Shown: one piece after another, positions 17,301-23,595 of the stretch | Numbering within the stretch: position 1 is the first letter of the stretch | Layout: every line of letters starts with the position of its first letter | Source: Pseudomonadota bacterium | GTDB lineage: Bacteria; Planctomycetota; UBA8108; UBA1146 | Assembly (NCBI GenBank): GCA_017859655.1 | Contig: JAFMMO010000001.1 | Location: 1-49,138 of the forward strand | Direction of reading: 5' to 3' | DNA length: 49,138 nucleotides | Notes under the pieces: model-generated | Seen by the model: only the letters and a program-made list of their open reading frames with translations | The model's database searches: none | What the model was told of the DNA's origin: nothing | Program-made: the position numbers and the translations under genes

Positions 17301-18599
17301 GACGCCGGTGTCGCGATCGATCCGGTCGCCCACTCCGGCGTCAATGTCTACGAGGTGATCGGGATCTTCAGCGGGCTCCCGGCGGCCCCCGCCGTGTGCA
17401 GCGTCGACCACTCCGTGCCGAGCAACACGATCGAGGTCCCGCAGCTGCTCGTCGAGATCGGCGCGGCGATCGACCTCCCGGTCCTCGCTCACCACTCCCT
17501 CCCTCTGGAGGGATTCACGATCTCGGTCGTCTATGATCCGGGGGTCCTCGACCTCACGCAGGCGACCATGGCGGGAACCGAGCTCGAGGCGGCGGGCGCG
17601 GGGTACTTCGCTCCGCAGATCGATCCGGTGAACGGCGTCATCACCATCGCCGCCGTCATCGATCCCGTCCCCCCGGTGACCGGATCGATTCCTCCCGGAG
17701 ATGATCACGTGATCGTCCGACTCCTCGGTCAGCTCGCCCCTTCGGCGACCGTCGGCGCCAGCACGTCCGTCGAGATTCCGCAGAGCGTGGGCAGCCCGGC
17801 GGTGACCTCGATCTTCCTGCAAGGAGGAATGGTCGGCCACGAGCCCCAGAGGGTTTCCGGCTCGGTCACCGTCGTCGAGAATCTGGACCTCAGGCTCGAG
17901 GTCGCGGGGGACACCTCACAGCCGGGGGGAGGCGCCTCGACCCCGGTCCTGCTGACCACCGACCGCCCCCTCGTCGCCTACAGCTTCGGCCTCCCGTGGT
18001 CCGCCGATCAGCTCGCGCCGACCGGCGCCACCCTCGTGGGGACCGTCGGGGAGTCCGCCGCCTTCGCCCTGGTGACCATCGACCCCGTGGCGGAGGCGAT
18101 CACCGCTTCGGTGATCATCGACACGAGCGAGCCCTACGACCTGGTGATCCCCCCCGGAGCGGACTACCTGGCCCTGCAGGTCGAGTGGCTCGTCGACGCG
18201 CTGCTCCCGGCTCCCGCGGAGATCGTCATCCCGGTCGCGTCCGGTCTCGGCTCGCCACCGGTCGCGGTCGCGTTCACCGGCGCGAACAACCAGAATGTCG
18301 TCCCCCTGACCCTCGCCGGGACGATCCTCGTGCTGCCGAATCAGCGCTTCTTCCTGCGGGGAGATGCGAACGACGACGGAACGATCACCCTCGCCGACCC
18401 GATCGCACTGCTCTCCCATCTCTTTCAGGGCGTGCTCATCCCCTGCGAGGATGCAGGAGACGCGAACGATGATGGGATGGTCGACATCTCGGACGCGGTC
18501 TTCGTTCTGCAGCACCTCTTCACCGGAGGTCCCCCCCCCGAGCTCCCGTGGCCCGTCGCGGGGAGCGACCCGACGGCCGACACGCTCGGCTGCAGCTGA
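14388..18599 (+). CDS. giant secreted subtilisin-like (S8) serine protease with Fn3-like module, ~220-aa shared module, two cohesin-like modules and a C-terminal dockerin-like module
   Basis: Catalytic triad motifs AVIDEGVDHSHPDL (Asp), HGTACAGII (His) and GTSAACPHVAGAAAL (Ser). Long hydrophobic N-terminal signal. The C-terminal modules are listed as separate features. GTG start at 14388; the alternative ATG at 14409 (MSPLG) has a G/A-rich stretch upstream. Confidence 0.9.
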   Translation: MPGEEPGMSPLGFPNHANGTGSPSPRERAGALRSPRPARSIHLQLQPCAVVLPPAVLPVLTVLLLTVLLLTVLLLTVLAAPIARAAEPTAPSGVEGVILDRGRSLTLVLDPTVVFVRVLPAADGRGSSDPLLELQRLTDDPLFEAPTPEDILEYPGLLRLRFHEETTVPARLLAFERLAGLPRTEWASGNFQDPARPWERAWMIPTPQIVVSLDESAANRRLAELLALTDLPGGARLTLDRALHGPRPTFVLHTGAAALDSFRVAEVVAGLPGVVAAQPEFIRRLESHGTPSDTLFLTQWNLQNTGQHGGTPGADIRAVPAWDIETGSSAITVAVIDEGVDHSHPDLAPQMVAGYDAVTVPTGGPGSSLPGQADPEDAHGTACAGIIGSNGNNGIGTAGVCWSVSILPIRIGFGEFWTQDSWIADGISAAVSLGADVLSNSWGGGSPTPIVDAAITAAVTSGRGGLGCPSVFSSGNADIGEIAYPASHDLTIAVGATSPCDERKSPTSCDGQWWWGSQFGPELDLVAPGPFVTTTDNSGGAGYAAGNFVEFSGTSAACPHVAGAAALALSLNPSLSAAELRDLLQSSARDEVGPPAEDIPGWDPYMGHGRLDLLQLLLSMGGGTLPPGDFSCTAEGEDALLEWTNPEVYDQLLITRNQVLIASLPGDATSYLDLAPGLGLQRYKVAGVTAAGTSPRTACASIVLGTPTDLVWSPAQGSVPGGAPIAEALVSLGRVPVLVSDLADAGALEAYETIWVNLGVFNTSGPSGKHVLTASEGQALDGYLAAGTPESPRFLYLEGADTWFFDPPTTLHSRFGIVSNCDGFPTPQLSMISGLPGPPCSFDTLQYGYVGEDAFIDHLEVAPGSGAQRILENDPPIFGVAISRQSTGHATIGASWELAGVEPGGSDVRDFVAAALTCWGVSFDLDPHPTPVSINSCVAVSSTSQLSWNNGDLYDEIHVLRDGDLIAVLPGDAGVAIDPVAHSGVNVYEVIGIFSGLPAAPAVCSVDHSVPSNTIEVPQLLVEIGAAIDLPVLAHHSLPLEGFTISVVYDPGVLDLTQATMAGTELEAAGAGYFAPQIDPVNGVITIAAVIDPVPPVTGSIPPGDDHVIVRLLGQLAPSATVGASTSVEIPQSVGSPAVTSIFLQGGMVGHEPQRVSGSVTVVENLDLRLEVAGDTSQPGGGASTPVLLTTDRPLVAYSFGLPWSADQLAPTGATLVGTVGESAAFALVTIDPVAEAITASVIIDTSEPYDLVIPPGADYLALQVEWLVDALLPAPAEIVIPVASGLGSPPVAVAFTGANNQNVVPLTLAGTILVLPNQRFFLRGDANDDGTITLADPIALLSHLFQGVLIPCEDAGDANDDGMVDISDAVFVLQHLFTGGPPPELPWPVAGSDPTADTLGCS
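14565..14624 (+). repeat. 15-bp in-frame tandem repeat (3 perfect + 1 diverged copy) encoding the signal-peptide hydrophobic core
   Basis: CTGACGGTGCTCCTC occurs three times (14565-14609), then CTGACGGTGCTCGCC. A degenerate copy lies just upstream. Translation is ...LTVLLLTVLLLTVLLLTVLAAP. Confidence 0.9.
17430..17880 (+). other. cohesin-like module 1 (domain within the S8 protease)
   Basis: IEVPQLLVEIGAAIDLPVLAHHSLPLEGFTISVVYDPGVLDLTQATMAG...GVITIAAVID...VIVRLLGQL...SGSVTVV follows the type-I cohesin pattern: a G-x-V-x-[VL]PV strand, then a [FY]-x-[ILV]-x-YDP-x-[VL]L strand, and a terminal G-x-[IV]-x-V. Confidence 0.55.
17889..18335 (+). other. cohesin-like module 2 (domain within the S8 protease)
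   Basis: LRLEVAGDTSQPGGGASTPVLLTTDRPLVAYSFGLPWSADQLAPTGATLVG...AITASVIID...YLALQVEW...AGTILVL has the same strand pattern as module 1 but is more diverged. Confidence 0.45.
18348..18596 (+). other. dockerin-like module (domain within the S8 protease)
   Basis: FFLRGDANDDGTITLADPIALLSHLFQG...C.DAGDANDDGMVDISDAVFVLQHLFTGGPPPELPWPVAGSDPTADTLGCS. Confidence 0.65.
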
Positions 18600-18611
18600 G
18601 AGCGCGCCCCC

Positions 18612-19028
18612 TCAGATCATCCAGTCCGGCTCGTCCTCCTCCGGAGGCTCGATGACGTTTCCCTCGTCGATGCCGCCGGAGGAGCCGAGGTCGTCCGGAT
18701 CCCCGGCATCGAAGTCCATGTCGTCGGATGGGGGGTCCGCGCCGCCGTAGCGGTTCCGTCGGGCGATCCCCTCCCGGACCTCCCGCTGGTACTCGAGGCG
18801 GAGGCGCTCGTACTCCTCGGGCGAGATGTCATCCGCCTCGACGATCCGCCCCTCCATCCCCTCCTTGTGCAGCCGGATCAGGAACGGAATGCACCACCCG
18901 CAGCCGGTCCCCGCGCCGAAGCACTCCGAGACCTGGGAGGCCCGCCGGGGGCTCCGCTGGCGGATGAAGTTCACGATCTTCCGCTTCTTGACGCGGAAGC
19001 AGTAGCAGACCAGATCGTCGAGTTCCAT
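18612..19028 (-). CDS. bfd: BFD-like [2Fe-2S]-binding domain protein with acidic C-terminal tail
   Basis: The N-terminus VCYCFRVKKRKIVNFI...CFGAGTGCGWCIPFL gives the C-x-C...C-x2-C pattern of bacterioferritin-associated ferredoxin. The C-terminal ~45 aa are Asp/Glu/Pro-rich. Confidence 0.75.
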   Translation of the reverse strand: MELDDLVCYCFRVKKRKIVNFIRQRSPRRASQVSECFGAGTGCGWCIPFLIRLHKEGMEGRIVEADDISPEEYERLRLEYQREVREGIARRNRYGGADPPSDDMDFDAGDPDDLGSSGGIDEGNVIEPPEEDEPDWMI

Positions 19029-19111
19029 GGCGGCACTCTACCCGATCGCCGCCCCGTGCGCTCCGCACCCGGTTCCGCAATAATGCGGGCCCGACCGGGA
19101 GAGGAGCCCCC

Positions 19112-20143
19112 ATGGCCGACCTTCGATCCGACACCGTGACCCACCCGACCGAGGCGATGTACGAGGCCCTCCGCGCGGCCCCGCTCGGGGATGATGTGTT
19201 CGGGGACGACCCGACGGTGAATGCGCTCGAGGAGGAGGCCGCCGCCCTCCTCGGCAAGGAGGCCGCCATCTTCACCCCCACGGGCACCATGGCGAACTCC
19301 ATCGCGATCGCGGTCTCGACCCGCCCCGGGGATGAGATGATCCTCATGGAGGACAGCCACATCTTCCTCTACGAGGCGGGGGGCTCCGCCCGCCTGTGGG
19401 GAGTGCACGCGCGCCCGCTCCCGGCCGCGTCCGGGGTCCTCACCCCGGAGGCGGTCCGCGCGGTGATCCGGGCGGACGACCCGCATCACCCCCGGACCCG
19501 ACTCGTCTGCCTCGAGAACACGCACAACATGCAGGGCGGGCGGGTCGTCCCCACGGAAGCGATCGAGGCGGTCGCGGAGGTCTGCCGATCGGAGGGGCTC
19601 CACCTCCATCTGGACGGCGCGCGCCTCTTCCACGCGGCGGTCGCCCTCGGCGTTCCTCCCGCGGAGGTCGCACGCCCGGTCGACACCGTCAGCGCCTGCT
19701 TCTCGAAGGGCCTCTCCTGCCCGGCCGGGAGCATCCTCGCCGGGTCCGCGTCGGCGATCACCGAGGCGCGGCGGGTTCGGAAGGTGCTGGGAGGAGGGAT
19801 GAGGCAGGTGGGCATTCTCGCCGCGCCGGCCCGCGTCGCCCTGCAGCGCGGGATCGACCGCCTCCGAGAGGATCACCTCCGGTGCTCCCGCCTCGCCGAG
19901 GGACTCCGCCCCCTCGCCGGCGCCACGCTCAACCCGGATCCACCCCAGAGCAACATCCTCTTCGTCCGGTTCGAGGGTCTCGATGGCGCCGGTCACGAGT
20001 CCCTCGTGGAGAAGCTCGGGGAGCGGGGAGTGCGCGCCCTGACCGCCGGGCATCGGGGCATCCGCCTCGTGACCCACCGCCAGATCGCCGACGGCGATGT
20101 CGAGCGGACCATCGAGGCGTTCCACGCCCTCCGGGCGGAGTGA
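19112..20143 (+). CDS. ltaE: low-specificity L-threonine aldolase (PLP-dependent)
   Basis: MADLRSDTVTHPTEAMYEALRAAPLGDDVFGDDPTVNALEEEAAALLGKEAAIFTPTGTMANSIAI is the canonical N-terminal signature. The FSKGL lysine region is present. Confidence 0.9.
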   Translation: MADLRSDTVTHPTEAMYEALRAAPLGDDVFGDDPTVNALEEEAAALLGKEAAIFTPTGTMANSIAIAVSTRPGDEMILMEDSHIFLYEAGGSARLWGVHARPLPAASGVLTPEAVRAVIRADDPHHPRTRLVCLENTHNMQGGRVVPTEAIEAVAEVCRSEGLHLHLDGARLFHAAVALGVPPAEVARPVDTVSACFSKGLSCPAGSILAGSASAITEARRVRKVLGGGMRQVGILAAPARVALQRGIDRLREDHLRCSRLAEGLRPLAGATLNPDPPQSNILFVRFEGLDGAGHESLVEKLGERGVRALTAGHRGIRLVTHRQIADGDVERTIEAFHALRAE

Positions 20144-20446
20144 CTCGCAAGGACGCAAGCCTATCAATCGAAAGGACTTGTGGAGATTCGTCCGCGAGCC
20201 GCCTGCCGCTTCCGAACCCGGGGTCCGCGGGGATACCTTCCCCATGCAACCCAGCCCCCCCCTCCGGGATCGGACCTCACCATGTGTTACTCTCCTGAGA
20301 GCCCGCGTTGCTCCTCCACCGCCCCCGCCCGCGGCTCGTCCGCGCGCTCGGGGAGCCGGAGCGCCCGGATCATTCCCCTGCGACCGTCGCGGGCGGACTC
20401 CGGGGTGTCGTCCCCGTCCCCGACCCGAAGGAGCGCGAGCCCCGCA

Positions 20447-21064
20447 ATGGATCCCCGAACCCCCGACCCCTCCCCGGAGGAGAGCGCGGGGGAGCTCCTC
20501 CCGCTCACCGACCGCGACGACGCCACCCTGGCGCGCGCGGCGGGACAGGGGGACGAGGCTTCCTTCCGCACTCTCATCGAGCGCTACGAGCGCCTCCTGT
20601 TCAAGATCGCCCTGCGCAAGGCGGGAAACCGGGCCGACGCCGAGGACATCGTTCAGGATGTCTGCATGCACGCGTGGCGCTCCCTTGCGAAGATCCGGGA
20701 TCCGCAGGCCTTCCTCGGCTGGCTCATGGCGATCGCCCACAACCGCGCCAACCGCTACTGTGATCGCCGCCGGCGAAAGGTCGTCGTCCTCGACGAGGCG
20801 CGGCGGACCCTCGAGGAGCGCGCCCGCGCCCGCGCCGAGCGCGCGGAGGCGGATGAGGACGGCGGGGAGCTGGTCCGCCGGCTCCCGGATGAGATGCGCC
20901 TCGCCCTCAGCTGGAAGTACCTCGACGGGTGCTCCTACGAGGAGATCGGCGAGCGCCTCGACATGAGCTTTCACCAGGTCGACTACCTGCTCCGCCGAGC
21001 CAAGGCGGCGCTCCGTCGTGAAGTCGAGCGCGTCGAGCGCTCCGGAGAGGAGGGACTCGCATGA
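20447..21064 (+). CDS. ECF-type RNA polymerase sigma factor (sigma-70 family, group 4)
   Basis: Region 2 (FRTLIERYERLLFKIALRKAGNRADAEDIVQDVCMHAWRSL) and region 4 (LRLALSWKYLDGCSYEEIGERLDMSFHQVDYLLRRAKAALR). ATG at 20447 with GAAGGAG upstream. The stop overlaps the next start (ATGA at 21061-21064). Confidence 0.9.
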   Translation: MDPRTPDPSPEESAGELLPLTDRDDATLARAAGQGDEASFRTLIERYERLLFKIALRKAGNRADAEDIVQDVCMHAWRSLAKIRDPQAFLGWLMAIAHNRANRYCDRRRRKVVVLDEARRTLEERARARAERAEADEDGGELVRRLPDEMRLALSWKYLDGCSYEEIGERLDMSFHQVDYLLRRAKAALRREVERVERSGEEGLA

Positions 21065-21855
21065 TGTCCGCTCTCGAATCCTGCCGCTGGGTCCGGACCC
21101 AGCTTCCCCGCTTCCTCGACGGGGAGCTCGCCCCCGACCTCGAGACCCGCGTGTCCGGGCATCTCGACCGCTGCGCCGCCTGTCGGGCCGAGCTCGCCGT
21201 GGAGCGGGATCTCCTCCTCGACACCCTCGAGCTGCTCTCCCCCACCCGGCCGCCGCAGGGGATGGTCGACGCGGTGATGGCGCGGATCGCGGAAGAGGCG
21301 GCCGGCGCCCCCGCCCCGACCCCCGTCATCCCCGTCCTGAGGCCGCGCAGGAGGGCTTTCGGCCCCTCCCTGGCCGCGGCCGCCCTCCTCGCGTTCGTCG
21401 TCTGGGCGATCTCGGGCGACAATGGAGGAGGAGCCCCCTCGGTCGGACCGAGCGGGCCCCTCGCGATGCTCGAGAGCGGCGGTCCCGGCCCCACGGTCGA
21501 CGGCCCCGGCCTCGGCGATCTGGGAACGGCGATCTCCGAGGAGGAGGCCCTCTTCGGCGCGGAGAACCGGAGCGAGTCGACGACGATCGAGCTCGTCCGC
21601 TTCGATGTGAACGCGGACGAGCAGTTCGACCAGCGCGACCTCGATGCCCTCAACCGGCATCTCACCGAGGGGATCGCGATCGCCTGCCCGGCCGCCGCGG
21701 ATGTCGACGAGGATGGCTGGCTGACGCCTCAGGACTCGATCCGGGCCTTCCAGCACTTCTCCACCGGAGAGATCGAGGTCTCCTCGGCGATCAGCCGCAC
21801 CGTCGAGTACGACATCGGGGGTCCCCTCCACTGCTCGTACCAGGCCTGTCCCTGA
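21061..21855 (+). CDS. membrane-spanning anti-sigma factor (zf-HC2 / HxxxCxxC type) with extracytoplasmic dockerin-like module
   Basis: Translationally coupled to the ECF sigma gene. N-terminal HLDRCAACRAEL motif. One TM segment (FGPSLAAAALLAFVVWAI). C-terminal DVNADEQFDQRDLDALNRHL ... DVDEDGWLTPQDSIRAFQHF. Confidence 0.8.
   Translation: MMSALESCRWVRTQLPRFLDGELAPDLETRVSGHLDRCAACRAELAVERDLLLDTLELLSPTRPPQGMVDAVMARIAEEAAGAPAPTPVIPVLRPRRRAFGPSLAAAALLAFVVWAISGDNGGGAPSVGPSGPLAMLESGGPGPTVDGPGLGDLGTAISEEEALFGAENRSESTTIELVRFDVNADEQFDQRDLDALNRHLTEGIAIACPAAADVDEDGWLTPQDSIRAFQHFSTGEIEVSSAISRTVEYDIGGPLHCSYQACP
21601..21780 (+). other. dockerin-like double Ca-loop module in the anti-sigma factor
   Basis: Two D-x-[ND]-x-D-x(5,6)-D-x(3)-[LF]-x(2)-[HF] repeats separated by a Cys-containing linker (IAIAC). 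Confidence 0.5.
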
Positions 21856-21973
21856 TCGACCGAGATCCGGCGCGAGACTTTCGAGAGCCCCCCACCCCGT
21901 CGGACCGCGGGTCCGCCGGGGTGACATCCGTTCCTCCTCCCCGGAGGTCCGGACCTGAAGCGAACCGCACGAG

Positions 21974-23500
21974 GTGGGAGTGAGCCCCGTGTCCCGACGA
22001 TCGATCCTTCTCGCCGTCACCGCCCTCGCCGGCGTCGCCCTGCTCGTGGGAGAGTCCTCCCCGGCCGCGGCGGAGAGACCCGCCGTCCGCGTCCCGGGGG
22101 ATGAGTCCGCGCCCCCGAAGGCCGACGATGCGCCGTCCGGAGACGAGGCGAGCGAGAGCGCGGAGGCGCTCGCCCTCCTCTACACGATCCACAACGAGGG
22201 ATACATCGAGCCCTGCGGCTGACCGAAGAAGAAGGTGAAGCTGGGCAGTTTGGCCCGGCGCAAGACGTACCTCGACAGCGTGGCCACCGAGGGGATCGAT
22301 CCGGTCCTCGTCGATGGCGGAGACTGGCTCTTCGAGCTCGGCAACGTCCGGATGAACAAGTTCGCCGAGCGTCAGCTGCGCCAGAAGGCGGAGCTCATCG
22401 TCGACGCCTACAACGAGTTCGGGTACGACGCCGCCGCGATCGGGGAGCACGACCTCGCCTTCGGGATCGAGTTCGTCGAGGCGCTCGCCGCGCGCGCGCG
22501 CTTCCCCTTCCTCTGCGCGAATCTCCTCCGGGACGGCGCCCCCATCTTCCCCGGCTCGACCGTCATCGAGCGGGCCGGGTTCCGCGTCGGCGTCATCGCG
22601 ATCCTCATGGAGCTCCCCGACCGCTTCCTCGAGAAGTACTCCCCGGGGCTCACCGTCGGGAGCCACCGGGAGGCGCTCGCCCGCGAGCTGGAGAAGCTCG
22701 GGGATGAGGTCGACACGGTGGTCCTCCTCGGCCATGTCGAGCAGACCGACATCATGGAGATCGCGGACACGGTGAAGGGGATCGACTTCATCCTCCACCC
22801 CGCGGGGTTCTCCGGGAACGAGCCGACCTGGATCAACGACGGCGAGGAGATCACCGAGCGGAACGGGAAGGTCCTGCTGAAGATCAGCGGTCAGGGCTCC
22901 ACCGTCGGCCGGCTCGACCTCTACCCCTCGGAGCGGGGCGCGCCCTGGCACAACTTCGCCGAGGAGCCGCAGGCGACCGGGAACCTCTACTTCCCGACGC
23001 TGACCCGACTCGCGAGCCACATCGGGAAGCACCCCGGGATCGACGCCCTCGTGAACGAGTTCCTCAAGGGGACCCGCTACCGGGGCTTCACCGAGGAGGA
23101 CCTGACCTTCGTCCCGGCGACCGACTACCTGACCGCCGACACCTGCAGCGTCTGTCACCTTGAGCAGGCGGAGTTCTGGCGCGGCACGGGACACGGCAAG
23201 GCCTACCAGACCCTCGTCGATGCCGAGAGCCAGTTCCGCTACGACTGCATCTCCTGCCACGTGCTCGGCTACGGCGAGACCTTCGTGGATGCCCACGCCG
23301 TGGGTCCGTACAAGGATGTCCAGTGCGAGTCGTGCCACGGGAAGAACCCGCAGCATCCGACCGCCCCGGCGGACCACCCGTGGCCCAAGGTGAACACCGA
23401 GACCTGCTGGTCCTGTCACGACCCGAGGGTCACCCGTGTCCCGTTCGATGTGAGCGCCGGCCTGCCGGCGGTGACCTGTCCGCCCCTGAAGCGGAACTGA
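21974..23500 (+). CDS. exported degenerate 5'-nucleotidase/metallophosphoesterase-like protein fused to a tetraheme cytochrome c; candidate selenoprotein with in-frame TGA (Sec) at 22220-22222
   Basis: ORFs 21974-22222 and 22235-23500 share one frame and are separated only by the TGA. The sole signal peptide (SRRSILLAVTALAGVALLVG) is upstream of the TGA, while the four CxxCH heme sites that need export are downstream (TCSVCH, DCISCH, QCESCH, TCWSCH). Alignment to the downstream paralog: YTIHNEGYIEPCG*PKKKVKLGSLARRKTYL versus YSVNVTGEIDVCGCKRKKVRQGSITRRGSYI, so the TGA falls on a conserved Cys. Confidence 0.7.
22240..22259 (+). promoter_or_regulatory. SECIS-like hairpin downstream of the in-frame TGA
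   Basis: GCUGGGC AGUUUG GCCCGGC: a 7-bp stem (one G-U pair) with a 6-nt apical loop containing GU. The stem starts 17 nt after the UGA and the loop about 24 nt after it, which is within the spacing generally described for bacterial SECIS elements. Confidence 0.5.
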
Positions 23501-23595
23501 TCCTGAGAAGAGAGACCCCGCCGGTCCGCCCTCCGGGAGCGGGCCCGTGCACAGTGAACGAGCCCCGTGCCCCGCACGGGATGGAGGCCCAAGGG

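Noticed and set aside
14277-17840. 1187-aa ORF antisense to the giant S8 protease. Similar antisense ORFs: 677-1912, 3934-6123, 9236-11416, 18971-20974, 21791-23698, 23416-25167, 25132-27294, 26318-27922, 29377-32907, 35516-38356, 35770-39276 and 45359-46573.
   Set aside because: All lie opposite genes with unmistakable catalytic motifs. Their translations are Arg/Gly/Pro/Asp/Glu-rich with no motifs, as expected for stop-poor antisense frames in very GC-rich DNA.
22220-22222. Alternative explanations for the in-frame TGA: genome-wide TGA reassignment (code 4/25), or two separate genes
   Set aside because: Reassignment is rejected because many confidently called genes in this window terminate with TGA. 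Two separate genes is disfavoured because the downstream part would be a c-type cytochrome with no export signal, and because the alignment to the paralog runs uninterrupted across the TGA. A recent pseudogene or a sequencing error cannot be excluded from sequence alone.
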